Assembly: GCA_963789955.1 (NCBI GenBank)
Contig: CAWBMV010000026.1
Location: forward strand, 1 to 18,297
DNA: 18,297 nt
Origin: an uncultured Candidatus Rokubacteria bacterium
Lineage (GTDB): Bacteria > Methylomirabilota > Methylomirabilia > Rokubacteriales > CSP1-6
Direction: 5' to 3'
Both the position numbers and the translations under genes were made by a program. The notes beneath the pieces were generated by a model. It did not search any database. It was not told the origin of the DNA and saw only the letters and a program-made list of their open reading frames with translations. Each line of letters starts with the position of its first letter. Position 1 is the first letter of the stretch. Shown here piece by piece: positions 1-8,449 of this stretch.

Positions 1-7
1 CCGTAGG

Positions 8-63
8 AACTCATAAGTGAGGGTTACCCTCCGGTTCTCGTCAACTCATAATTCAGGGTTACC
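8..63. repeat. Left IS end: two 21-bp direct repeats (8-28, 43-63), period 35 bp
   Basis: aactcataagtgagggttacc vs aactcataattcagggttacc (19/21 identical). Confidence 0.9.
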
Positions 64-1284
64 GCAGCGAGCGTCTGTGAGGCGCCAGGAGAGGACTTCG
101 GGGAGGGGGGTGCGGGCTCGATACTCCCCTGAGGACGATGCGGATCAGGCGCGGCGAGAGTCCAGAGGCGGTCGAGTGCGGCCTCGAGGTCGCGCCGCAG
201 CTGGAGCGGGTGGAGCCGTTGATAGAGCGCTCCAGCTCGGTGCGCGTCCGGCGGAGAGGACGCCCGCGGCGCAGAGCCGCTGATACGGCGTCTGCGCACG
301 ATCGTAGACGCGACGGACGCGGGCGCCCTCCGCGTCTTCGGTCACGAGCTTCTCCACGGGCTGGAAGAAGTTCACGTGCAGGCGGCGAGGTGATAGACGC
401 GCGCGAGTTGGGCATAGGCGGCCTTGGAGGCGAAGCGATCATAGCCGACGAGCTGCCGGACGACGGCGCCGTTCTTCTGCTCGACGTGGGCACTGTCGTT
501 CTTCTTCCAGGCGCGGCTGCGGGTGAAGGTGATCCCGTCGCGCTGACACCAGTCGTAGAGGCCGTGGTTGATGAACTCCGACCCGTTGTCGCTGTCGAGC
601 CCCACCAGGGGCACGGGCAGGCGCTCGCGCACGTGGTGGATGGCGCCGCCCACGCGCTGCTGGCTCTTGCCCCAGACCGCCTCGAGCTCGACCCAGGTCG
701 TGGCGATGTCGACCGCGCAGAGCGTGCAGAGGTAGAAGCCCTGGGTGCTGGTCCCGCAATGGGCGACGAGATCGACCTCGCAGAACCCGGGCCGCGCGTC
801 GTCCCACTCCGTGAAGGTGCGGATGGGGATCTCCTGCGGAGCCAGGTGCCGGCCCGTGTGGTGGCGGCCGCGCGGCGGGAACTTCGCGCGGGCCGGCGCC
901 AGCAACCGGGCGAGCGTGGCGCGACTCGACCTGGCGGACGAGCTTGTCGACCGTCGGGGTCAGCCGTCAGCTCGCCGCACTGGCTGAGCCGGTCGAGGAG
1001 TTCGGGCACGAAGGGATGGAGCCGATGGGCGCCGATCCGCCCGCTCGCCTGCCACAGGACCTCGGCCGCCGCGGCGACGGCGGGGCCGTACCCCCGCGGG
1101 CGGCCGCGCGCGAGGGGTCCGCCGGGCCCGCGGCGCCCGGCGGAGCAGCCGGATGGCCGCCTTGCGGTGCAGGCCGGTCACGGCGACGACCTCGTCCAAC
1201 AGCTGGTGCTTCTCGGCTCGCGTGGCGTGCTCGGTACCGCTCCCGCTGCACGGCCGCGTACTCCCGCAGGCTCGCTCGCGTCAC
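24..1284 (-). pseudogene. DDE transposase broken by several frameshifts (decay or sequencing error)
   Basis: AGGAGG (1291-1296) precedes GTG at 1284. Stitched frames read MTRASLREYAAVQRERY..EKHQLLDEVVAVTGLHRKAAIRLL..LWQASGRIGAHRLHPFVPELL..GFCEVDLVAHCG (D1)..GLDSDNGSEFIN (D2)..KKNDSAHVEQKN (E)..NFFQPVEKL..YDRAQTPYQRL..VTLNYELTRTGG*. At least five frame changes are needed. Confidence 0.88.
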
Positions 1285-1305
1285 GGTGCACCTCCTCGGT
1301 CGGGA

Positions 1306-1368
1306 TCGGTAACCGTGACTTCTGATCGACGACCTCTCCTTCGGTAACCGAAATTTTGAGTCGATGCG
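1306..1368. repeat. Right IS end: two imperfect direct repeats (from 1306 and 1341), period 35 bp, inverted relative to the left end
   Basis: tcggtaaccgtgacttctgatcgacg and tcggtaaccgaaattttgagtcgatgcg. The reverse complement of 1308-1332 (tcgtcgatcagaagtcacggttacc) aligns with 38-63 (tcgtcaactcataattcagggttacc). Confidence 0.88.
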
Positions 1369-1372
1369 CGGC

Positions 1373-1401
1373 TTGACGACCCTCGTAAGTTAGCCTAGCC
1401 T
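1373..1401 (+). promoter_or_regulatory. Putative sigma70 promoter for the ABM-MFS unit
   Basis: TTGACG (1373-1378), 17 bp, TAGCCT (1396-1401); lies just outside the IS end. Confidence 0.5.
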
Positions 1402-1468
1402 CGGTCGCGCGCTTCGGAGCGCGGGGCCAAGGCCCCGCCGAGACGCGCTATCAGTCCTGGAGAGACCA

Positions 1469-1777
1469 ATGGCTGACGTGCTCACGGTGGTGGCGAAGAT
1501 CCGGGCGGCGAAGGGCAGGGGCGACGCGCTGGCGGCGCTCCTCAAGGAACAGGTGGCCGCGGTCATGAAGGCCGAGCCGGGCTGCATCGTGTACTCGCCG
1601 CACCGCTCGACGAAGGATCCCGACGTCTTCGTCTTCTATGAGCAATACAAGGACGACGCCGGGTTCGACGTCCATCGCAAGGCGCCCCACCTCGTCGCGT
1701 ATCGCGAGCGGCGCGAGAAGGAAGGACTGACCGAGGGGAAGGCCGAGGTGGAGATCTTCAGATCTCTCACCGACTAG
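1469..1777 (+). CDS. Antibiotic biosynthesis monooxygenase (ABM)/putative quinol monooxygenase family protein
   Basis: 102 aa; VVAKIRA..G..AEPGCIVY..HRS..DPDVFVFYEQY.D..GFDVHRKAPH is the typical ABM pattern; GGAGA RBS upstream. Confidence 0.9.
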   Translation: MADVLTVVAKIRAAKGRGDALAALLKEQVAAVMKAEPGCIVYSPHRSTKDPDVFVFYEQYKDDAGFDVHRKAPHLVAYRERREKEGLTEGKAEVEIFRSLTD

Positions 1778-1917
1778 CGGCTCGCCCGGCGAGCCCGGCG
1801 GCGACGGCGCGGCCGTCGACCTTCGCCGCCCTCAAGACACGGAACTACGCGCTCTACTGGTCGGGCCTGGTCTTCTACGTCCTTGGCCATCGGGCGGAGT
1901 ACGTCACCTTCGCGTGG

Positions 1918-3015
1918 ATGACGTGGGAGCTGACGCGCGACCCGCTGCATCTCGGCTATCTCGGCCTGGCGCAGGGCGCACCGCTCGTCGTGTTCCAGCT
2001 CCTCGCCGGCGTCCTGGCCGATCGCACCAGTCGTCGGCGGCTCTTGCTCGTGACGACGACCTTGACGTCGTCCACCCTGATCCTCGCCTTCGTCTTGATC
2101 GTGCTAGGACTCGCGCGCGTTCAGCACCTGCTCGTGCTGGCCGCGCTCAGCAGCAGCTTTCGGGCGTTCGACGAGCCCAGCCGGATGTCGCTGGTGCCGC
2201 AGCTGATCGATCGCGAGCGGCTGCCGAACGCGATCGCCCTCGGCTCGATCCCCTGGCAGGCCGGCCGGATGATCGGCCCGTCGATCACCGGTATCCTGAT
2301 CGCGGCCTTCGGCGGAACGGTCGGCTTCGGGCTGGCGGCGATCGCCTCGTGCACCGCGCTCGCGCTCTACAGCCGTCTCGACGTCCATGAGGAGGTCAAG
2401 GCGAGCGACGGACGGCGTGTTCTCGCGCAGCTCGCCGAGGGGCTGAGCTTCGTGGGCCACAACTTCGTGTTCGCGAGCCTGATCAGCCTGGCTCTCTTCA
2501 ACGCGCTGTTCGGCCTCTCGTACATTACGTTGCTGCCCGTGTACGCCGACGCGTATTTCGGGATGGGCTCGACCGGCTACGGATTGCTGAGCGCGGCGCA
2601 CGGCGCCGGATCGCTGCTCGGCACCTTGATCATCGCGACGGCCGCGCTGCGCGTCCTGCGTCCGGGCGTGGTCATGCTGTGCGCGGCGGCGAGCATGGGG
2701 CTGGCGCTGATGACGTTCTCACGATCGCCGGGGATGGGAGTCGCGTTCCCGATGCTGGCGCTGACCGGCTTCTGCAGCACCTTCTACCTGACGCACGTGA
2801 CCACGCTCATCCAGACCAAGGTGCCCGACCACCTGCGCGGCCGCGTCTTGAGCCTCTACTCGCTCTGCTGGAACCTGCTCCCGCTCGGTGGTCTGCTGGC
2901 CGGCGGGCTGGCGGCCATGGTCGACGCGCGCTTCGCGGTGCTGGTCGGCGGGGCGCTCGTGTCCGCCAACGCGCTCGCCCTGCTCACTTCGCGGCGCCTC
3001 CGCGCGATCGAGTGA
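1918..3015 (+). CDS. MFS transporter (MFS_3/H+ antiporter-like); the true N-terminus extends upstream to ~1800 but has no canonical start
   Basis: Motif A GVLADRTSRRRLL, PSRMSLVPQLIDRERLPNAIAL, IQTKVPDHLRGRVLS, multiple TM helices. The same frame upstream reads PSTFAALKTRNYALYWSGLVFYVLGHRAEYVTFAW (TM1). Confidence 0.9.
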   Translation: MTWELTRDPLHLGYLGLAQGAPLVVFQLLAGVLADRTSRRRLLLVTTTLTSSTLILAFVLIVLGLARVQHLLVLAALSSSFRAFDEPSRMSLVPQLIDRERLPNAIALGSIPWQAGRMIGPSITGILIAAFGGTVGFGLAAIASCTALALYSRLDVHEEVKASDGRRVLAQLAEGLSFVGHNFVFASLISLALFNALFGLSYITLLPVYADAYFGMGSTGYGLLSAAHGAGSLLGTLIIATAALRVLRPGVVMLCAAASMGLALMTFSRSPGMGVAFPMLALTGFCSTFYLTHVTTLIQTKVPDHLRGRVLSLYSLCWNLLPLGGLLAGGLAAMVDARFAVLVGGALVSANALALLTSRRLRAIE

Positions 3016-3024
3016 CGCGAAGCC

Positions 3025-3356
3025 CTAGCTTGGCAGCTTCTCGGCGTCGGGCGCCGGCCTCATCTCGAAGGCGTTCAAGAGGCCGCTGACCAGCCCGTAG
3101 TGGCCGCGCGCTCGTCGGGCGCGAGCGCGCTCACGTCCTTGCGGTCGCGCACCGCGGCGATCGCCTCCTCGCGCGTTCCCGCCTTGCGGGCCAGCGCCAC
3201 GTGCGCGCCCCACACATCGCCGCAGTCCTTCTCACGCGCGGTCGCGATGATGGCGAGCTCGCCCTCACTGCCGCGGCCCTCGGCGACCGCGTCGAAAATC
3301 GCCTGGTGCTCGGGAGCGACCTGCTGCCTGGCGGTGATCGGCGTGACTCTCGGCAT
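3025..3356 (-). pseudogene. Carboxymuconolactone decarboxylase/AhpD-like gene collapsed by two internal deletions
   Basis: AGGAG + ATG 3356: MPRVTPIT..IFDAVAEGRGS | EGELAIIATAREKDC..VWGAHVALARKAGTREEAIAAVR..LAPDERA | (frame change) GHYGLVSGLLNAFEMRPAPDAEKLPS*. The usual GPF..LLHSP segment and the second-half helices are absent. Confidence 0.75.
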
Positions 3357-3385
3357 GCGCATCTCCTTTCTCCGGGGCTGCCCGG

Positions 3386-3435
3386 ATTCTACAAGACCGT
3401 GGATCTTTGCGTGCCGCGGCCGTCCGCGCTAGAGT
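3386..3435. promoter_or_regulatory. Putative divergent promoters (CMD remnant on minus, dehydrogenase on plus)
   Basis: Minus-strand TAGAAT at 3386-3391; plus-strand TTGCGT (3407-3412), 17 bp, TAGAGT (3430-3435). Confidence 0.45.
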
Positions 3436-3519
3436 GCGGGGCCAGGATCGATCGTCATGTCCCGTACGCTCGGCCCCGTCGATGTCGTGACATCCGCTGT
3501 CGCCCAGGGAGGAATCACT

Positions 3520-4749
3520 ATGGCTCCATCGTCGCTGACCAGACGGCCACTGGCGCTCGCCGCCGCCTTCCTGATGCTCACCTTGCTCGCGCTGCCGGCG
3601 TTCGCCCAGCCGAAGGAGGAAGAAACTCCGTTCTGGGCCATCGGGCGGCCCAAGGCCGGTCCGGGCGCGCAGATGGCGCCGGTCCCCGCCTTCCCGGTCC
3701 CGACGCCGGCGGACAAGCTCCCGATCGCCAAGATGAAGGTACCCGAGGGCTTCAAGGTCGAGGTGTACGCGGCGGAGATTCTCGACGCCCGCGGGCTCCG
3801 CGAGGGCGACAAGGGCACGGTGTTCGTGAGCTCGCTGTTCGTGGCGGGCAAGCTCTACGCGATCGTCGACAAGGGCGGCAAGCGTGAAGTGAAGACCTTG
3901 GCCGAGAAGCTCTTTCTGCCCAACGGCATCGAGTTCCACAAGGGCTCGCTCTATCTCGCGACGCCGAAGGACATCACCCGCTACGACAAGATCGAGGACA
4001 ACCTCGACAAGCTGCCGGCGCCGGTGATGGTCAGCGATCAGTTCCCGGGCGAGGTCCCGCACGGCTGGAAGTTCATCAAGATCGGGCCCGACGGTAAGCT
4101 GTACGTGCCGGTCGGCGCGCCCTGCAACATCTGCGATCCGGACTCGAACAAGTACGCCCAGATCCGCCGCATGAACCTCGACGGCAGCGGCATGGAGATC
4201 GTCGCGCGCGGCGTCCGCAACACGGTTGGCTTCGATTTCCATCCCAAGACGGGCGAGCTCTGGTTCACCGACAACCAGCGTGACTGGCTGTCGGAGGACA
4301 TGCCGAACGACGAGCTGAACCGACTCACCAAGGTCGGGCAGCACTTCGGCTATCCGTACTGTCATCAGGGCGACTTCGCCGATCCCGAGTTCGGGTGGGG
4401 CAAGGTCTGCGACGACTTCGTCAAGCCGGTGACCTTGCTCGGGCCGCATTCGGCTCCGCTCGGGATGCGCTTCTATACGGGCAAGATGTTCCCGTCCAAG
4501 TACCAGGGCGCGATCTTCATCGCGCGTCACGGGCCGTGGAACCGCACCAAGAAGTACGCGGCCGACGTCGTGGTGGCGTTTGTCGACCGGTACGGCAAGG
4601 TGACAAAGGTCGAGCCGTTCCTGACGGGGCTGGTCGAGAACAACAGCTACCTCGGCCGCCCCGTGGACGTCATGGTCATGAAGGATGGCTCCTTGCTGGT
4701 CTCCGACGACCACAACGGCGCCGTCTATCGGATCAGCTACTCGCGTTGA
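3520..4749 (+). CDS. Exported PQQ-dependent sugar/sorbosone dehydrogenase family (GSDH beta-propeller) protein
   Basis: GGAGG RBS before ATG 3520; signal peptide ending AFA-Q; motifs VPEGFKVEVYA, HGWKFIKIGPDGKLYVPVGAPCNIC, ARGVRNTVGFDFHP, GYPYCH, HSAPLGMRFY, GRPVDV..DGSLLVSDD. Confidence 0.92.
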   Translation: MAPSSLTRRPLALAAAFLMLTLLALPAFAQPKEEETPFWAIGRPKAGPGAQMAPVPAFPVPTPADKLPIAKMKVPEGFKVEVYAAEILDARGLREGDKGTVFVSSLFVAGKLYAIVDKGGKREVKTLAEKLFLPNGIEFHKGSLYLATPKDITRYDKIEDNLDKLPAPVMVSDQFPGEVPHGWKFIKIGPDGKLYVPVGAPCNICDPDSNKYAQIRRMNLDGSGMEIVARGVRNTVGFDFHPKTGELWFTDNQRDWLSEDMPNDELNRLTKVGQHFGYPYCHQGDFADPEFGWGKVCDDFVKPVTLLGPHSAPLGMRFYTGKMFPSKYQGAIFIARHGPWNRTKKYAADVVVAFVDRYGKVTKVEPFLTGLVENNSYLGRPVDVMVMKDGSLLVSDDHNGAVYRISYSR

Positions 4750-5360
4750 TGCGGACAGCCGGGGCGAGAGCGGCGAACCCGCTCTCGCCCCGAGCCATCC
4801 TGCTCGTCACGTTCGCGGTTCTCGCCTTCGCGTCACTCGCCGTCGCCGCGTCTCTCGAGGAGCGCATGGCCGGGTGCCTGGCTTGTCACGGCGCCGGCGG
4901 GCTCTCGCGCACCCCGGAGACGCCGTCGCTCGCCGGCCAGCCGCAGTTCTTCACGGTCGCCCAGCTGTTCTTGTTCCGTGACGGGCGCCGCAGCAGCGTC
5001 GCGATGACGGCCGCCGCCAAGGACTTGACCAACGACGATCTGCGCGCGATCTCCGACTACCTCGCGAAGCTGCCGCCGCCGGCGCCGCCGCCCGAGCCGG
5101 CCGACCCGGCCCGCTCGGCTCGGGGCCGAGCGCTTGCGACGCAGAACCACTGCACGGTCTGCCACAACCCCGATTTCTCCGGTCGCGAGCAGATGCCGCG
5201 CCTGGCGAACCAGCGCGAGGATTATTTGCTCAAGGCGATGCGCGAGTACAAGTCCGGCTCGCGCATCGGCTACGCTGGCGCCATGGCCGTTGAGCTTCGC
5301 GAGCTCTCCGACCCCGATCTCATCGCTCTCGCTCATTACCTCTCCCACTTCTCGCCGTAG
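4749..5360 (+). CDS. Di-haem c-type cytochrome (cytochrome c4/c553-like)
   Basis: TGATG overlap with the upstream gene; signal peptide; two CxxCH motifs (CLACH, CTVCH); PSLAGQ and PRLANQREDYL motifs; distal Met candidates. Confidence 0.92.
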   Translation: MRTAGARAANPLSPRAILLVTFAVLAFASLAVAASLEERMAGCLACHGAGGLSRTPETPSLAGQPQFFTVAQLFLFRDGRRSSVAMTAAAKDLTNDDLRAISDYLAKLPPPAPPPEPADPARSARGRALATQNHCTVCHNPDFSGREQMPRLANQREDYLLKAMREYKSGSRIGYAGAMAVELRELSDPDLIALAHYLSHFSP

Positions 5361-5369
5361 TCGACGGCA

Positions 5370-5417
5370 CTCGGGCTGAGAGGCGGCGGGTGGCCACCCG
5401 CCGCCTCTCAGCCCGAG
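5370..5417. repeat. Perfect 48-bp palindrome (GC-rich hairpin, possible terminator or stabiliser)
   Basis: ctcgggctgagaggcggcgggtgg|ccacccgccgcctctcagcccgag; arms are exact reverse complements with no spacer; no U-tract. Confidence 0.9.
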
Positions 5418-5425
5418 CGCCTTGC

Positions 5426-5455
5426 TTGACGGCGAAGAGGCGAGCGGCGCAAGAT
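5426..5455 (+). promoter_or_regulatory. Putative promoter for a near-leaderless AMP-binding enzyme transcript
   Basis: TTGACG (5426-5431), 18 bp, CAAGAT (5450-5455); ATG at 5465 with no SD. Confidence 0.35.
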
Positions 5456-5464
5456 CGCTCGGCC

Positions 5465-7029
5465 ATGACCGCGGAGCGGCAAAGTTCGAGTGCGTTTGTC
5501 GATGTGAATACGCTGATCGAGGAGCATGCTCGGCCGCGGGCCGAGAAGGTGTTCGTGCATTGTCCGGATCAGGGGGCGCGGATCACGTTCGGCGAGTTCG
5601 AGGTGGTGACTCGGCGGTTCGCGAACTTTCTGGCCGCTGAGGGCGTGGGCGTGGGGATCGGATCTCGCTGCTCGCCGACAACGGGATCGAAGCGCTGGTC
5701 GTCTTCTGGGGAGCGCTGCGCGCCGGCGTGATCGTGAATCCGATCAACGTCGAGATCCGCGAAAAGCACGTGAGCCAGATCCTGCACGACGTGGCGCCCA
5801 AGGCGGTCTTCTGGAGCCGCGACCTGGCACGCGATCCTCGCGCGCTCGGCACGGGCGACGCGCCGTGGTTCGCCTTCGGAGCCTGGAACGCGCCCGGTCC
5901 GGCCGCCGACGATCTCTTCGGTCGTCTGCGGAGCGCCTCAGACGAGCCCGTCGCGACGCGGCCGGCCCGGACGGACTGGTCGCTGATCAACTACACCTCC
6001 GGTACGACGGACGCGCCGAAGGGCGCGATCTGGACTCACGAGGCGTACTACGCCATGTGCGAGTCACCCGTCGATCGCCTCGAGATCGGCGAAGCCGATA
6101 CGATTCTCGACTACCGCCACTTCAGCTGGTCCTCACCGCAGATCCTCTCGGTCGGGCCGGCAATGCTGACCGGCGCCACGATCGTCCTCGCACGCAAGTT
6201 CTCGCAAGCGCGCTTCTTCGACTGGCTCCGCGACTACCGCGTCACGGTTTCCGTCGGGATCCCGACCGTCATCAACATGCTGCTCGCCAAGCCGGTCGCG
6301 GTGACCAAGGCAGATCTCCCGGCGCTGCGTTTCATGACGTCGAGCACCGCGCCGCTCTCGGTCGACAAGCACCTCGAGTTCGAGAAGACGTATGGCATTC
6401 CGATCGTGCAGCTCGCCGGCGGCACCGAGACCGGTTTCATGTGCGGCAATCATCCCGGACATCGCAAGCTCGGCTCGATCGGGCGGCCGACCCTCAACAT
6501 GCGCGTGCAGATCCTCGACGACGCCGGCCAGGAGGTCTCGCCCGGCCAGGAAGGCGAGATGGTCGTCAGCGGACGGCAGCTCGCCTCGGCCTACTGGCAG
6601 GGGCCGGACAAGCTCGTGCCGATCCCTCAGGACGGCTTTCGCAACGGCGATCTCGCGCGGCGTGACGACGAGGGCTACGTCTACATCACCGGCCGCAAGA
6701 AGGACATCATCATCAAGGGCGGCGTCAACATCGCCTCGCTCGAGATCACGAATTGCCTGCTCGAGCATCCCGACGTCGCCGACGCGGCAACGCTCGCCGC
6801 GCGGGACGACATCTACGGCGAGATCCCGGTGGGGTTCGTCGCGCCGCGGCCCGGCCGACGCCCGGACGAAACTACACTCCTGGCGCACTGCCGCGCCAGG
6901 CTGGCGGCCTTCAAGGTGCCCGCGGCGGTCGTCATCGTCGACGCCGTTCCGAAGAACGCGAACGGCAAGATCGATCGCGACGCGCTCACCGCGATCTGGC
7001 AGAGACAGACCGGGCGCGCAGGCCGCTGA
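5465..7029 (+). CDS. Class I adenylate-forming enzyme (acyl-CoA ligase, CaiC-like) with one frameshift near 5655
   Basis: MTAERQ..ITFGEFEVVTRRFANFLAAEGVGVG then one G missing in gtggggatc, resuming DRISLLADN; A3 motif YTSGTTDAPKG, GGTETG, FRNGDL, GRKKDIIIKGG, PKNANGKIDR. Confidence 0.88.
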
Positions 7030-7035
7030 CCGGGC

Positions 7036-7421
7036 TCAGCTCGGGATGCAGGCGGTGACGGTGATCTCGATGAGCAGGTCGGGCGAGTTCAGCGACGCCA
7101 CCGTCACGGTCGTGCGCGCCGGCTTGTTGGTCGGGAAGTACTTCGCGTATTCCTCGTTGTAGGCCGGCACGTCGTCCCGCCTGGTGACGTGGTCGTCGCG
7201 GTGAGCACGTTGTCCATTGACGTGCCGGCGGCGGTCAGGATCTGCTTGATCCGCTCGAGCACGTTGCGGGTCTGCTCGCGAATGTCCTTGCCGACCTCCC
7301 CGGTGACCGGATGGCGCCCGGTCTGCCCAGAGACGAAGACGAGGTTGCCGAACTTCGTGGCCGGCGACAGGTTCGGATTCGGCGCCGCCGGACTCAGCTG
7401 GACGATCTCTTTCTTGGGCAT
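7036..7421 (-). CDS. RidA/YjgF/YER057c family protein with a 1-nt frameshift near 7190
   Basis: AGGAG RBS; LSPATKFGNLVFVSGQ..IREQTRNVLERIKQILTAAGTSMDNVLTATT + (Y)VTRRDDVPAYNEEYAKYFPTNKPARTTVTVASLNSPDLLIEI. Confidence 0.9.
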
Positions 7422-7439
7422 GACGCTCTCCTTTCGCAG

Positions 7440-8447
7440 TCAACGCACCTTCGGAAACACTTCCTCGGCGAGCATGTGCAGCTGATCCAGCGCCAGGCTC
7501 TGCGACATCCCCGGCCACTGCACGCTCATGATCAGATGATTGATCCCGGTCGCGCGCTCGAGCGCCAGCATCTGCTCGGCGACCTCGTCGGGCGAGCCGA
7601 TCAGGAACCGGTCGCGGATCAGCTCGTCGAACTCGACGCCCAGATCGTTGTCGCCGGCGGGCATCGCGCGGTCCTGGCCCCATTCGTGATAGGCCTTGTA
7701 CTTCGCCGACAGGAACGGCGCGCAGAGCCGGATCGCCTCGCGCCGCGATCGGGCCACGAACACCTCGCGCCGAGCCGGGAACTCCGCCGGAAAGGGCTTG
7801 CCGTACTCGTCGAGCGCACGCCGGTAGACCTCGACCTGCCGCACGATCGTGTCGATGCGGTTGTGCGGGTTGACGTACCAGCAGTCGCCGAGCCGCGCCG
7901 CGCGACGGATCGCGGGGTCGGCGTTCGCGCCGATCCAGATCGGCGGATGCGGCTTCTGCACCGGACGCGGCGACGCCGAGGCGCCCTTCAACGTGAAATG
8001 GGACGCCACCATGTCGACCGAATCCTCGGTCCACAGGCGCCGGACGGCTTCGAGATTCTCCTCGAACCGCCGCACGCGCTCTTTCTGCGTCGTGCCGAAC
8101 GCCAGGAACTCGACGTCGCGATAGCCGAGGGCCACGCCGAAGATGACCTTGCCGCCGCTCATGACGTCGACCGTCGCGATCTGCTCCGCGACGTCGAGGG
8201 GCTTGTGGAGCGACAACAGGATGAGACCGAAGTTGAGCCGCAGGCGCGGGGCCTCCGCCATGACGCGCGAGAGAAACGGCAGCTGCTGCAGGCTCTGCCA
8301 CGGGGCGCTGCTGTAGTGCATGCCCTTGGTGATCGAGTCGAAGCCGAGCGCGTCGGCGAGCCGCGCCTGCTCCATGAGCTCCTGGAACCGGGCCGGCATG
8401 TCGTCGCCGTCCGGGAACTGCGCCCGGAGCATGAGACCGAACTGCAT
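7440..8447 (-). CDS. LLM-class flavin-dependent oxidoreductase (luciferase-like)
   Basis: MQFGLML..EQARLADALGFDSI..H; AEQIATVDVMSGGKVIFGVALGYR..EF; PRPVQKPHPPIWIGA; IGSPDEVAEQ; LAEEVFPKV. Confidence 0.93.
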   Translation of the reverse strand: MQFGLMLRAQFPDGDDMPARFQELMEQARLADALGFDSITKGMHYSSAPWQSLQQLPFLSRVMAEAPRLRLNFGLILLSLHKPLDVAEQIATVDVMSGGKVIFGVALGYRDVEFLAFGTTQKERVRRFEENLEAVRRLWTEDSVDMVASHFTLKGASASPRPVQKPHPPIWIGANADPAIRRAARLGDCWYVNPHNRIDTIVRQVEVYRRALDEYGKPFPAEFPARREVFVARSRREAIRLCAPFLSAKYKAYHEWGQDRAMPAGDNDLGVEFDELIRDRFLIGSPDEVAEQMLALERATGINHLIMSVQWPGMSQSLALDQLHMLAEEVFPKVR

Positions 8448-8449
8448 CG

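Larger units (their letters stand above)
2..1368 (-). mobile_element. Insertion sequence with DDE (rve/integrase-core) transposase; IS481-like/ISNCY-type, exact family not assigned
   Basis: Transposase fragments on the minus strand are bounded by imperfect inverted ends. Left: cgtaggAACTCATAAGTGAGGGTTACC. Right, reverse-complemented: cgcatcgACTCAAAATTTCGGTTACC. Each end has a second inner copy 35 bp inward. A target duplication cannot be assessed because the left flank is outside the window. Confidence 0.85.

Noticed and set aside
8..63. Possible end of a CRISPR array at the window edge
   Set aside because: Only two units with a 14-bp gap, mirrored in inverted form at 1306-1368 around a transposase; no cas genes
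138..1325. 395-aa plus-strand ORF spanning the IS
   Set aside because: Antisense shadow of the transposase; no motifs, and typical of high-GC reverse frames
3520..5360. Dehydrogenase plus di-haem cytochrome as a novel system
   Set aside because: Sorbosone dehydrogenase-family and cytochrome c pairing is common; nothing unusual is visible
5640..5670. Programmed frameshift or phase variation in the ligase, RidA or LLM genes
   Set aside because: No slippery heptamer or long repeat tract; simple indel error is more parsimonious
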